DNA from: Aquificaceae bacterium
Lineage (GTDB): Bacteria; Aquificota; Aquificia; Aquificales; Aquificaceae
Length of the DNA: 64,000 bases
Direction of reading: 5' to 3'
NCBI GenBank assembly: GCA_037925075.1
Contig: JAXSNR010000002.1
Span: 64,001 to 128,000 of the forward strand
Shown here: one piece after another, positions 1 through 9,504 of the stretch
Numbering within the stretch: position 1 is the stretch's first letter
How the letters are laid out: every line of letters begins with the position of its first letter
Translations under genes and position numbers: made by a program
Notes under the pieces: model-generated
The model's input: only the letters and a program-made list of their open reading frames with translations
What the model was told of the DNA's origin: nothing
Databases searched by the model: none

Positions 1-14
1 GGCTTTTTTGGTTT

Positions 15-1217
15 ATGTCTGGCTTTGGCTTTCTCTTCCTTTCTCTCAGATGTGCCAACATAGCAAGCGTAGAATACGGTGGGGTTAGCCCTCTCTTGTC
101 TTATGCATTGTTTGTACCTTTTTCTCTCCTTTTGAGCTTTTATCAGTTTTACATGCCCCTGTGGTTAAACAAAAGGCTTTTCAGAAACTTCTTATGGACC
201 CTTCCCTTCCTTTATGTGGGCTTTGAAGTGTTGAGATCTCACTTTCCCTACGGTGGGTTTCCCTGGCTTATCATGGGTTCTCTTACAGTTTATATACCCC
301 TTCTCAAGCATAGCCTTTTGTACCTGAACGTCTATGTTCAAAGCCTTTTTATTTGGTTTACTATCCTTTTGATACTTCAAAGGAGATGGAAAGCGTCCAC
401 AATCCTTGTGCTTACCATCACCCTTGTGGGTTTTATGGCAATGAAGGAAAAGGAAGAAAGGATAAAAAGGGCAAAGGTTGTAGATGTCGCCTTGGTGCAA
501 ACTGCAGTCCCTCAGGAGGATAAGCTATACACCTCAGCCTTTAAAAGGCATGCAGAAAGCCTCCTACAGCTTACCGAAGAAGCTGTCCATAAAGGCGTGG
601 ACCTTGTAGTACTTCCCGAGTCCGCTTTTCACTTTTTCTATTCTGAGGAAAACGATGATTATAATTTCAGACTAAGAACACTTAGCATAGAAGCCCCGAT
701 CCTTGTGGGTCTTATTGACATAAGAGAAGGCCTAAAGCCTTACAACTCCGCATACCTTTTAAAGGATGGTAGGGTAATAGACTATTACGATAAGATAAGG
801 CTTTTCCCAATAGGTGAGTACATGCCCTTTCCCTTTGGCTTTCTGAAAAACCTCTTTCCTGCCATAAGCGGTATTGATTACCTTCCCGGAAAAAACCTAA
901 AGCCCATAGAATACAAAGGCATGAAAATAGCCACGCCCATATGCTTTGAGGTGGCTTATCACGGCCTTGTAAAGGAGCTTTCTAAAAGGGCTAACCTTAT
1001 TGCGGTTTTTACCAACGACGGCTGGTTCAAAGACTCTGACTGTGTAAGCCAGCATTATCTTTGGGCAAGGGTAAGGGCTTTGGAGACGGGCAAATATGTG
1101 CTCTGGGTAAACAACTCAGGAGATACGGGCATAATAGACCCTATGGGCAGGGTTTTAGAGAGGCTACCCTACATGAAAAGGGGTATAGTCTATGGGAAAG
1201 TCCTTCTTATTGACTAA
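15..1217 (+). CDS. lnt: Apolipoprotein N-acyltransferase (frame open to the window edge, probably 5'-truncated)
   Basis: TM N-terminus with GFPW motif; nitrilase-fold triad motifs PES, YDKIRLFPIGEY and ICFE; TNDGWF. Confidence 0.93.
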   Translation: MSGFGFLFLSLRCANIASVEYGGVSPLLSYALFVPFSLLLSFYQFYMPLWLNKRLFRNFLWTLPFLYVGFEVLRSHFPYGGFPWLIMGSLTVYIPLLKHSLLYLNVYVQSLFIWFTILLILQRRWKASTILVLTITLVGFMAMKEKEERIKRAKVVDVALVQTAVPQEDKLYTSAFKRHAESLLQLTEEAVHKGVDLVVLPESAFHFFYSEENDDYNFRLRTLSIEAPILVGLIDIREGLKPYNSAYLLKDGRVIDYYDKIRLFPIGEYMPFPFGFLKNLFPAISGIDYLPGKNLKPIEYKGMKIATPICFEVAYHGLVKELSKRANLIAVFTNDGWFKDSDCVSQHYLWARVRALETGKYVLWVNNSGDTGIIDPMGRVLERLPYMKRGIVYGKVLLID

Positions 1218-1731
1218 TCTACCTAACCTTCTTTCCTTTGCTAGGCTGGTGCTAAGTCCCTTGCTTGTTTTTGTTTCGCAAGAATATATACTCTTTTTGT
1301 TTTTTCCTCTTGCTCTTTCTGATGCTCTAGATGGCTTTCTTGCAAGGAAATTAAGGGCTCAAACGGAGCTTGGCAAGGTGCTTGACCCATTGGCGGACAA
1401 GGTTATGCTTCTTTGTGGGCTTTTTGTATGCACCTTTAAGCTCCAAACTATACCTCAGTCTTTTCTTTATGCTGTGTTGGCAAGAGACCTGTTTCTACTT
1501 GTGGGTGGTGCCCTTCTTACCAGCAGGCATGGAAAGGTTCCCTCTTCAAGGTTGTTGGGTAAGGCTTTCACTTTTATTTTGTCCCTTCATATTGCCCTCT
1601 GTATTATTGGAATTTCCTCTTCCTTTGTGCTCCTGATTAGCCTACTCATGCTTTTCCTTTCTTGGATAGACTACGCCCTGTTCGGGCTAAGAAATCTCAA
1701 AAGTCAAACTTCTTCCTCAGCCTTATTCTGA
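1192..1731 (+). CDS. CDP-alcohol phosphatidyltransferase (PgsA family)
   Basis: NLPNLLS start and SDALDGFLARK...GKVLDPLADK signature. Confidence 0.9.
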   Translation: MGKSFLLTNLPNLLSFARLVLSPLLVFVSQEYILFLFFPLALSDALDGFLARKLRAQTELGKVLDPLADKVMLLCGLFVCTFKLQTIPQSFLYAVLARDLFLLVGGALLTSRHGKVPSSRLLGKAFTFILSLHIALCIIGISSSFVLLISLLMLFLSWIDYALFGLRNLKSQTSSSALF

Positions 1732-4700
1732 CCTCGTGAGACCTGTCCGAGTAGTACCTTCCACCTATGGAGGTGCTTGGTGTGAGCCTTACGTCTCCGC
1801 CTGTGTAGGTTTCCTTGGGATTTTTCAAGGTGCTTTGTCTGTGCTCCACTGTTATCCTTTGTGTTATGTCTTTGGAGATGGTAGCACTTAGCCCAACCTC
1901 TCCCGTGGGAGATACGGATGGTGATACTTGGACCTTTACATCAAGGCCTGTCATACCCTTTGCACCCTTTATGAGCTGGCTTATCTGAGGTATTTGGCTT
2001 ATGAGGGCACCGCCTACGGGTATTAAGCCTTCCGTCTCCGCACCTCCAAGCACCAAGGTGGTAAGCACCTCCCTTGTGTCCCTTGGAGGCTCAGACCTGA
2101 TTACTGCCTTCGGATACTGTGGGTTTCCCTTTAGGTCAATTATTATGCTGTAATCGGGTGTGGGTGCTATTATGGTGAGATCCATCTGGTTGTCTTTGCC
2201 TGTAAAAGTAAGCTCACCCCTTCTTACGTAAAATTCCCTTTCAAAGTATGTAAGGCTTCCGCCTTTTAGATATGCCTTTAACACATAATCGGGCTCATAA
2301 AGAGTGCCCTTTACCTTTGCGGAAATGTCCGTGTACACAAAGCCCTCCGGTAGGTTGACCCTTAGAGGTTCAGAGGAGGCTACGGATAGGTCAAGGTTTA
2401 TCCTCTTGTACTCCTCGGGATTTTCTCCCGTTCTTTTCTTAACCTTTTGCAGGTTAACAACTCCAGAGGTGTAAAACTCGCCCCTTATGTTCAAATTCTT
2501 GTAGTCAGAGCTCAGAGTTCCTTTGCCGGATATAAAGAGGTTCGTCCTGAGTGTTTCATTTCTGTACAGAAAGGGTAGCTGTGAAACTTCAAACCTAAGC
2601 TCCGCAAGCTTATCATTGCCTGCAAGATTGGCAAGGATGGAAGCCTTCTGGTTGCCAATTAGTTTTACGGAACCTGAAAGCCTGTTATCCTTAAAGCTCA
2701 ACTCAAGCGCACCAAACAGGGGTACCGCAAGGTATCTGGACCTAAAAGTTATCTTGTCAGAGGTAGCTTTTAAATTCAGAGCTTCTGTGTAAATAAGCTT
2801 GTAAAACACCTTCCCCTCCATATCCGCAAAAACTCTGCTCCTTACCACAGAAGAAAACCTCCCAAGGTCCATTACACCCTTAGAGGAAAGCCTCAAGCCC
2901 TCATCGTAGGAAAGTTCAAGCAAGCCCTCTAGAGCACCGTACATACTGCCTTTAAGGGAAAGAGCCTTGCCTTTGTACTCTCCCTTTTGAAACTCTACCT
3001 TTGAAAATACCTCTTGCCCAATGCTCATAGTAAGTGGGGCAACATCTATACTTCCGCTTTCCATGCCTCCGTACAGCTTCAGCTCTGGCACTCTCAGAGA
3101 CACAAGACCCTCCTTGAGGGTAAAGCCTTTCATCAGAGCCTCAAGCCTTCCCTCTTTCCTATAAACACTGACATTAAGCGGAAAGCTGATGCTTTTATAT
3201 TTGCCCTCGCCCATGAGCTCAAGGTTAAAGTCCATCCCCCTGCCATTAAGGAGGTATTTAGAGGCTACCGAAAGGTCGCCACGAGCATACCGTAGAGATC
3301 CCTCAAGGCTGTAGGAAGCATTCTTATAATCGTAGTAGCCTCTACCCATAGGACCATCCTGAAGTTCAAAGGAAAAGGATACCTTTTCCCCTTCCACCTT
3401 TCCCTCAAAGCTACCCCTTGGGTAAGAAAGCTGGAGTATTCTTGCCTCTTTGAGCTCACCTCTAAAAGGACCCTTTAACTGTTCTCCCCTTTTTTCTATG
3501 TCAAAGTATAGGGCGATCCAGGAGGAAATCTTATCTTTGAAGACCTTCCCCTCAAGCCTTCCAGAACCCCACGCCTTATTCTCTCCGAGTTTAACTTCCA
3601 CGTTTCCCTTCAAAGATTCCAGCCCAACCCCTGCATATGAAAGGTTCATACCTTCAAACTTTAAACTTCCAGAGAAGGTTCTATCCTTTAAGGAACCATC
3701 CCCTGAAAGGGAATAGCCTCTTCCCATGAGGTTTATCTTGTAGCTATCCCCCTCAAGGAAAAGGTCATAGCTGGCGCTTCCAAGCTCTATACCCTTCAAA
3801 AACAGGTTTTCTATCCTCCCTCTCCCGTAGCTAAGAGCCTGACCTTGCTGAAGCTTCAAGGACCCACTGTAGGAGATAGTTGCGGAAGCATCCTCATGCC
3901 TTAGTCTGTATCCGAGAAGCTCCACACTTCCGGTGAAATCCCTTGCATAAAAGCCACCCTTTACCGAGAGTAGAAAGGGCTCAGCTACAGAAAGTTCAAG
4001 GTTTCCCCCTGGCACTCCTTCGTAGTTAAGTTCTACTCTAAGGCTGACATCTGCTAGCTTGTGGTCTTCCACCTGTGCCATTGGGGAATGAGCCTGAAGA
4101 TTTAAGAGTTTTTTCTCTAAGTCAAGGTCAAGCTGGCCATTAACTATGGTGAGCAACCTCTTATCTATGCCAAGAAGTCTCTGGTCCACTGGAAAAGCCC
4201 TAAACGCCGCACGCAAAACTCCATCCTTTAAAGAGTAGTTGACCTCTGTGGTGGTAAAGCCGTCTGTTAGAACAGCCTTAAGCTGGCTTTTCTCCCTCCA
4301 TTTCCATAGGTATTCTCCACTTAACTTAAGACTTTTGAACTCCCTTCTGTCTTTTATGTCAAGACTCTCCGCAAACCCCGAAAAGCTTGCACCTATATGA
4401 GTATAGTCTAAGCTTCCCAAGAGCCTTATATTCACCCTTGCAAGCGAGAAGCTCTCTTTTTTAATAGGCTCTATGTATCCATCCGCCTCAAAGACTCCCT
4501 TTTTGCCTTCCCATACTCCTCTTAAGCTAAAGTCATAAAGACTACTTCTTACTTGGGCTTGCTCTAATATAAACCTTTTCCCTTCTGTACGGGCTTTCTC
4601 AAGAAATACTTCAAGGTGGTGTATGTTTTTGTAGTGCATCCAGTAAGCTTGCGTCCACCCATTAGAGAAGACCTTCCCAGCCCTCAACTCGGTTTTTGGT

Positions 4701-5092
4701 ATGAAAAGGGTAAGGCTCTCTCCATAAGGTACATAGTTTGTGGAGATGTAAGTGTGGCCCACCTTCAGGTTCAGCTTGCTTGCTAACTCTATAAGGGGTC
4801 CAAAGTCATAATCAAAGGGTTTATCAGAAGGTGGAGCGGTGGAAACCTCTATAAGATTAAACTCACCGGCTTTAAGGTCCCAAGGCCTTATAGAAGCTTC
4901 ACTAACAAAGATGTGAAGAGTTGTTTGCTTAAAGGGTAGATACACTAAAAGCCTCTCAAAACTCAAACCTTTTTCAAAGCTAAGTCTGACCCCTTCCAAC
5001 TGGATCTGTATATTCCTTACAGTCATGTAGGGCTTTATAAGCAGAAGGTAAAGGGCGAGGAGCAAGAGCAAAAGATAACCAACAGCACGCAT
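1697..5092 (-). CDS. tamB: TamB/AsmA-like translocation-assembly module protein
   Basis: 1131 aa, N-terminal anchor, long beta-strand-rich body, DUF490-like C-terminus ending RKKFDF. Confidence 0.75.
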   Translation of the reverse strand: MRAVGYLLLLLLALYLLLIKPYMTVRNIQIQLEGVRLSFEKGLSFERLLVYLPFKQTTLHIFVSEASIRPWDLKAGEFNLIEVSTAPPSDKPFDYDFGPLIELASKLNLKVGHTYISTNYVPYGESLTLFIPKTELRAGKVFSNGWTQAYWMHYKNIHHLEVFLEKARTEGKRFILEQAQVRSSLYDFSLRGVWEGKKGVFEADGYIEPIKKESFSLARVNIRLLGSLDYTHIGASFSGFAESLDIKDRREFKSLKLSGEYLWKWREKSQLKAVLTDGFTTTEVNYSLKDGVLRAAFRAFPVDQRLLGIDKRLLTIVNGQLDLDLEKKLLNLQAHSPMAQVEDHKLADVSLRVELNYEGVPGGNLELSVAEPFLLSVKGGFYARDFTGSVELLGYRLRHEDASATISYSGSLKLQQGQALSYGRGRIENLFLKGIELGSASYDLFLEGDSYKINLMGRGYSLSGDGSLKDRTFSGSLKFEGMNLSYAGVGLESLKGNVEVKLGENKAWGSGRLEGKVFKDKISSWIALYFDIEKRGEQLKGPFRGELKEARILQLSYPRGSFEGKVEGEKVSFSFELQDGPMGRGYYDYKNASYSLEGSLRYARGDLSVASKYLLNGRGMDFNLELMGEGKYKSISFPLNVSVYRKEGRLEALMKGFTLKEGLVSLRVPELKLYGGMESGSIDVAPLTMSIGQEVFSKVEFQKGEYKGKALSLKGSMYGALEGLLELSYDEGLRLSSKGVMDLGRFSSVVRSRVFADMEGKVFYKLIYTEALNLKATSDKITFRSRYLAVPLFGALELSFKDNRLSGSVKLIGNQKASILANLAGNDKLAELRFEVSQLPFLYRNETLRTNLFISGKGTLSSDYKNLNIRGEFYTSGVVNLQKVKKRTGENPEEYKRINLDLSVASSEPLRVNLPEGFVYTDISAKVKGTLYEPDYVLKAYLKGGSLTYFEREFYVRRGELTFTGKDNQMDLTIIAPTPDYSIIIDLKGNPQYPKAVIRSEPPRDTREVLTTLVLGGAETEGLIPVGGALISQIPQISQLIKGAKGMTGLDVKVQVSPSVSPTGEVGLSATISKDITQRITVEHRQSTLKNPKETYTGGDVRLTPSTSIGGRYYSDRSHEVRIRLRKKFDF

Positions 5093-5658
5093 AGATTTAG
5101 CTTATCACACACACCATACTCTTTAAGATGGATTGGGTTAGTGAGTAATTAATAGTTCCCAAATGAATAGACATTTATTCTCTCCTATCTATAAATTCGG
5201 TTTTGTAGCGAACGGGGACTATAGGCTCCCCTAAGGACTTTCAGGTTTAACCTGTCCGCCCTTCGGTTTTTCCTGTCAATGTTGCCACAAAGGGGACAAC
5301 GCTGTTATCCTTAGTAAGATCCTTGAATAATACCAAAAAGACAGGAAGCTTTTACGGGGAAACTTTTCCAGCTTATTATTCAGATTGTTTATAAAAAGTC
5401 TTAGATATCCTTCTAAGTTTATTTATTCACAATTCTCTTTATATGTTTAGTTACTTTTCTCCAATAACACTCAATGTAAAGGCAGGGTAAGGACAACCGC
5501 CACGCATTTTTACGCCATCTGGCAAAACTCACCTATGGCTTGTCCGCAACTACATCTAATCAGGGGGAATTATAGGGGAAAAGTTTTGACGGAAAAATTG
5601 CGTGTATCCATTCAATATATTTGTTTTTTGACTACACCTTATAGCTTATATGCAAGGA

Positions 5659-5675
5659 GGGGGGACTTTCCCCCC
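5659..5675 (-). terminator. Probable terminator hairpin after aioA
   Basis: GGGGGG-AAAGT-CCCCCC on the minus strand just past the aioA stop; the U-tail is weak. Confidence 0.55.
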
Positions 5676-5682
5676 ATTCTTA

Positions 5683-8298
5683 TCAAGTGAAGTTGTTATT
5701 GGGTAGCAAAGATGTATTCTTGAGAACACTTTCCAGATTACCCTTTAGCTTTCTTATGCCAACCCTTGAAGCTTTGTACCATGGTATGGTGGTCTTGGGG
5801 TCTGTATAGCTCGTGGTAAGGTGGTTCAAAGACTCTTTCCATCTGTACATAAGACCAAATACTGTTCCCGGAGGGGGTGCGTCGTTCACGAGTACAAGGG
5901 CTACTGCATTGCCTTCCAGATTATACAGTTCTACCAGGTCACCACTTTTTATACCAAGCTTTTGTGCATCAACTGGGTTTATTTCTACATAAGGCATGGG
6001 TAGGCTATAAACCTTTTCTGGTAAGTACCTATCGTGATAGCCCGTCTGCCAGATAATCTGAGTCCTTCCGTTGGTAAACCAGAAGGGAAACTTTTTATCA
6101 TTTCCATCCTTGAAGTATTTGGCAATTTGAGGTGGATAGAACTTGAGTGGGTCTGGTTCCCATAGGTCTGTGCCATACCATTTGAACTTACCGTCAGAAG
6201 TTCCAAACTTATGAACGTACCTTCTTTTTGTACCAACAAGCTGACCTGTCTTTGGGTCTATTCGTACTGGAACCTGTATGCCCTTTTGCCCCACCCTTCT
6301 GAGATAATCATAGGTAACGCCCCTGTAGCATTCTGCGGGAAGTTTTGCCTCATCTTCTTCTGTCAATCTATTGTCAGGAAAGTCATTACCGCCATCCAAG
6401 AAGACTTCTTCCGCACTCTTCCAATCCATTCCAGAACAGTACTTCGCTTCTTCTCTGTTTCCTTCAGCCTCGTAAAGCTCTTTCATCCTCGTGGCTATCC
6501 TGCCCCATATCCACCAGTCTGGCTTCGCATCGCCCGGTGGGTCCATAAACTGGTCTGCTATCCTAAGAAGCCTACTGTTGCAGTTTATGTAAGTGGTAGG
6601 TGTTTCACCCCATCCCGCTGCCGGAAGTATCACATGGGCATCCCTTCCTACTTCTGTCTCGTACATGTTTATTACCACAAGGAAGAGTCCATCAGTCTTG
6701 GCAAGCCCTTCCAGTATCCGCTTTGCCCTTTCTTCGGAACCAGCAGGTTCTCCAGCAAAACCGCTGTACTCTGAAAGATACTTGGTTAAGGCAAGGGTTC
6801 TTTCGTGCACCCTCTTTTTGTATTCTTGGGCGTTTGGCGTGGACAGGTATGGGTCTGTGCCAGAAACGAAGTAGACTTTAGCCCTTCGGTCCTTCTTAAC
6901 ATACTCATCTATGTTAGGTGGTGGTCCTCCTGCGTATATGGAACCTACAAGATTTGCCCTTGATGAACCGTGAGGTCTTACATAACCCTCTTGGTGGCCA
7001 CCCTGTCTTCCGCAACCTGTACCAGGTTTTCCATAGTTTCCTGTTAAAGCTGCAAGCTGGGCTATGGCTGCTATGGTGTCATAGTTTTTGTACCCCCATA
7101 TGACACCCTTTTCGTATATGGTGAGAGTCCTCCTTCTAAACTTTCCAGCCTTTGGCTTTGCAATCCACTCAGCCGCCTTTTCTATGTCAGCCCTTGAAAC
7201 GCCTGTGAGCTTTTCCACCCTTCTCATGAACTCATCGTAAGGCACATCCAACATAAGGGACTTTTTCTTATAGTCTTCAAAGGTTTTTAGGTCTGTTCTC
7301 TCCTTTATAAACCTATCATCATGCCAACCCTTTTCCCAAACTGCCCTTGCTATGGCATTGGCTAAAACGTAGTCTGTTCCAAGGTTTAGACGAAGATGAA
7401 GCACTCTGTTTTTGTCTATGGATTCCGCCACCGTAAGGCTTGCAGTCCTCCTTGGGTCTACTACTATTATCCTTGCGGGCTCTGCTGGCTCTCCCTTTAA
7501 ATACTCCTTTTTCTTCTCTTCTATGGTTGCCCCTTGGAAGTTGGGAAGCATGTGCTCCGTGTAGAAAACGGAAGCTGTCTCAAAGGAGTTTGCACCCCAG
7601 AGGACTATGGTATCCGCAAGTCTTGCGTCCTCATAGGTGTAGTTTAGCTCATGCGTTCCCCTTTCTCTTTGACCCCAAACCTCAGAATTGTAAGCGGGTC
7701 TGTTGTGGATGGAAAGCATCCTTGTACCCACCGCTATAAAGAAGAACTTACCAACAGCCCAGTTGTCCTCAAAGCCAGCACCAGAACCGCCATGGTCGTG
7801 TATCTTCATGGCTACGGAGTCTGGTCCATAGGCGTCCTTTACACCCTTAACTACCCTTGCTATAAGGTCTATGGCTTCTTCCCAGCTTATGGGCATAAAC
7901 TCATCACCTACCCTTACCATAGGATGGTGGAGCCTTGCCCTTGTAGGCTTTGTGGGTGCATAGGTTGCCTGGGCATTGGTACCACCTCTTATGGAATAAT
8001 TCCCTCTATTTATAGGGGAATCCTTGGATGGGATTATGACCACATTGTACTGCTTTCCATTTTTTGTTATAACAGAATGCATTGTTTCCACAATTGACTG
8101 ACCAGTCAAAGCAGGTTGTTGCTTTGTAAAGTCTATCCCCAAAGCGTTTTCGTTGGGCATTGCCCCACCGTTCTTGCCTACAGGCCAGACATAAACATCA
8201 TAGCCACAGCCTACATTGCAATATTGGCAGACTGTAGTACGCTTTTCCGCATCCTTTGGTGGTATTGGTATTTGATCTTTTCTTGCAAACAAAGCCAT
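5683..8298 (-). CDS. aioA: Arsenite oxidase large (molybdopterin) subunit
   Basis: CQYCNVGC...S [3Fe-4S] motif, HNRPAYNSE, YEKG, GGHQEGY, molybdopterin dinucleotide C-terminal domain; AGGAGG RBS. Confidence 0.96.
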   Translation of the reverse strand: MALFARKDQIPIPPKDAEKRTTVCQYCNVGCGYDVYVWPVGKNGGAMPNENALGIDFTKQQPALTGQSIVETMHSVITKNGKQYNVVIIPSKDSPINRGNYSIRGGTNAQATYAPTKPTRARLHHPMVRVGDEFMPISWEEAIDLIARVVKGVKDAYGPDSVAMKIHDHGGSGAGFEDNWAVGKFFFIAVGTRMLSIHNRPAYNSEVWGQRERGTHELNYTYEDARLADTIVLWGANSFETASVFYTEHMLPNFQGATIEEKKKEYLKGEPAEPARIIVVDPRRTASLTVAESIDKNRVLHLRLNLGTDYVLANAIARAVWEKGWHDDRFIKERTDLKTFEDYKKKSLMLDVPYDEFMRRVEKLTGVSRADIEKAAEWIAKPKAGKFRRRTLTIYEKGVIWGYKNYDTIAAIAQLAALTGNYGKPGTGCGRQGGHQEGYVRPHGSSRANLVGSIYAGGPPPNIDEYVKKDRRAKVYFVSGTDPYLSTPNAQEYKKRVHERTLALTKYLSEYSGFAGEPAGSEERAKRILEGLAKTDGLFLVVINMYETEVGRDAHVILPAAGWGETPTTYINCNSRLLRIADQFMDPPGDAKPDWWIWGRIATRMKELYEAEGNREEAKYCSGMDWKSAEEVFLDGGNDFPDNRLTEEDEAKLPAECYRGVTYDYLRRVGQKGIQVPVRIDPKTGQLVGTKRRYVHKFGTSDGKFKWYGTDLWEPDPLKFYPPQIAKYFKDGNDKKFPFWFTNGRTQIIWQTGYHDRYLPEKVYSLPMPYVEINPVDAQKLGIKSGDLVELYNLEGNAVALVLVNDAPPPGTVFGLMYRWKESLNHLTTSYTDPKTTIPWYKASRVGIRKLKGNLESVLKNTSLLPNNNFT

Positions 8299-8312
8299 GG
8301 TTTCACCTCCTT

Positions 8313-8849
8313 TTATTTGATAATGTTCTTTGACCTACCCCAAATAAGACCTTCAACGCCTTCTGCGTATATGTCCCCTGTAGTGGGTTCAAACTTGAGG
8401 ATGATCTGGGGTAACCACTGTGAAGCATGTCCTTGATAGGTCTGTCCGTTCTTTGCTGGGTCAAACATGCTGTAATGACATTTGCATATAAACCTTTTCT
8501 TCTCATAATTGACAGGACAGCCCTGATGAGTACAGAGAGCGGAAAAGGCCACTATATCCCTTTGGGGTCCTACACCTCCGATGGCTTCTTTCCCTAACTT
8601 TACCAGTATGGCATGGCTTGACTCATCAGGATATTTGAAGAGAACAGGTTGGTCCTCTTTGAGATCCCTTATGTTTGCCACCTTCACCTTCTTATAAGGT
8701 AGGGAAGGGGCAACAGAGGCATGTGCCTTACCAACCGTGGCACCAGCTAAAACAGTTGCAGCCCCAGAGATTTTTAAAAAGTCTCTCCTGTCCACGGACA
8801 GGCTACAGTCGGCTTGGTAGCATGTATCCATCTTGCTCTTCCTCTTCAT
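8313..8849 (-). CDS. aioB: Arsenite oxidase small Rieske subunit with Tat signal
   Basis: DRRDFLK twin-arginine leader, CTHQGC and CKCHYSMFD Rieske boxes, GLIWGR end; directly upstream of aioA. Confidence 0.96.
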   Translation of the reverse strand: MKRKSKMDTCYQADCSLSVDRRDFLKISGAATVLAGATVGKAHASVAPSLPYKKVKVANIRDLKEDQPVLFKYPDESSHAILVKLGKEAIGGVGPQRDIVAFSALCTHQGCPVNYEKKRFICKCHYSMFDPAKNGQTYQGHASQWLPQIILKFEPTTGDIYAEGVEGLIWGRSKNIIK

Positions 8850-8885
8850 GACCTATACCTCCTAACTTTTCTGAACTTTTTATTT

Positions 8886-8901
8886 TGCAAATTAAGTGCC
8901 A
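8886..8901 (-). promoter_or_regulatory. Sigma-54 (RpoN) -24/-12 promoter of aioBA
   Basis: Minus strand reads TGGCAC-TTAAT-TTGCA, matching TGGCAC-N5-TTGCW, 36 nt before the aioB ATG. Confidence 0.88.
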
Positions 8902-8953
8902 ATTTTTAAAACCTTAAAAAAACATAGATTTTTCATATTTCTAAAAGAATGTT

Positions 8954-8992
8954 TGCTCAAATTTTTAACAGATAATGTTCAAAAACGGTACA
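8954..8992. promoter_or_regulatory. Two candidate enhancer-binding-protein sites (TGY-N11-ACA)
   Basis: TGCTCAAATTTTTAACA (8954-8970) and TGTTCAAAAACGGTACA (8976-8992), starts 22 bp apart, upstream of the sigma-54 promoter. Confidence 0.5.
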
Positions 8993-9040
8993 TTTAAATC
9001 TTCCATTTTATTTTATAAAATGATTTTTTAGTTATTTAAT

Positions 9041-9405
9041 GCTTTGATAAATAATATTTAGAGAGGTGTATATGAAAAACGACAAGCCAATGAGCATAGA
9101 TTGGAAAATATACAACCATAAGCTTGTAAAACAGAGAGCCAAAAGTAGGCAAACTATCAGAGGAGAGTGATTAAGAAAGAAGTGTGGAAAGAAATATAGT
9201 AGATAGAACTGCAATGTGGCGTATAAGGTAAGCGACAGTGAAGAGCCTTGTGTGGAGTTAAGGGGAAAATGCAAGTAGTAGGACAAGGGAGGAGGTGGTT
9301 AGTTGAGAGTTTTCCCCTGCCCTTAAGCGATAGTTTTGGGAGTATGTGAGGGTTTTTTGTGGCTGGAGAAGTAGACAGAAAACTGAACCTCTTATTGGGC
9401 AAAGC
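9041..9405 (+). mobile_element. Degenerate, internally deleted IS5-family (IS903-like) element
   Basis: Imperfect terminal IRs (GCTTTGATAAATAA vs GCTTTGCCCAATAA), 9-bp flanks TTATTTAAT/TTTTTGAAT, transposase-like fragments DWKIYNHKLVKQR and GRRWLVESF/ALKR*FWEYVR. Confidence 0.7.
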
Positions 9406-9504
9406 TTTTTGAATATGCTACCGCCAATCTATAAACCCAAAAGAAAAAACAAAATAGCAAAGCTCTCCTAACACAACATCGTAGAAGATGCTATAATCTT
9501 ACCA

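Noticed and set aside
5200..5213. GTTTTGTAGCGAAC resembles the 5' half of some thermophile CRISPR repeats
   Set aside because: Single partial copy, no GAAAC-type 3' end, no repeat-spacer periodicity and no cas genes in the window
5486..5575. Short frame reading ...LAKLTYGLSATT..., like a helicase SAT motif
   Set aside because: Too short, with no other helicase motifs, to support a pseudogene call
9248..9263. TTGTGTGGAGTTAAGG resembles part of an Aquificae CRISPR repeat
   Set aside because: Isolated, and lies inside the IS relic
9032..9402. Minus-strand ORFs of 84 and 81 aa
   Set aside because: Antisense shadows of the purine-rich decayed transposase; no motifs
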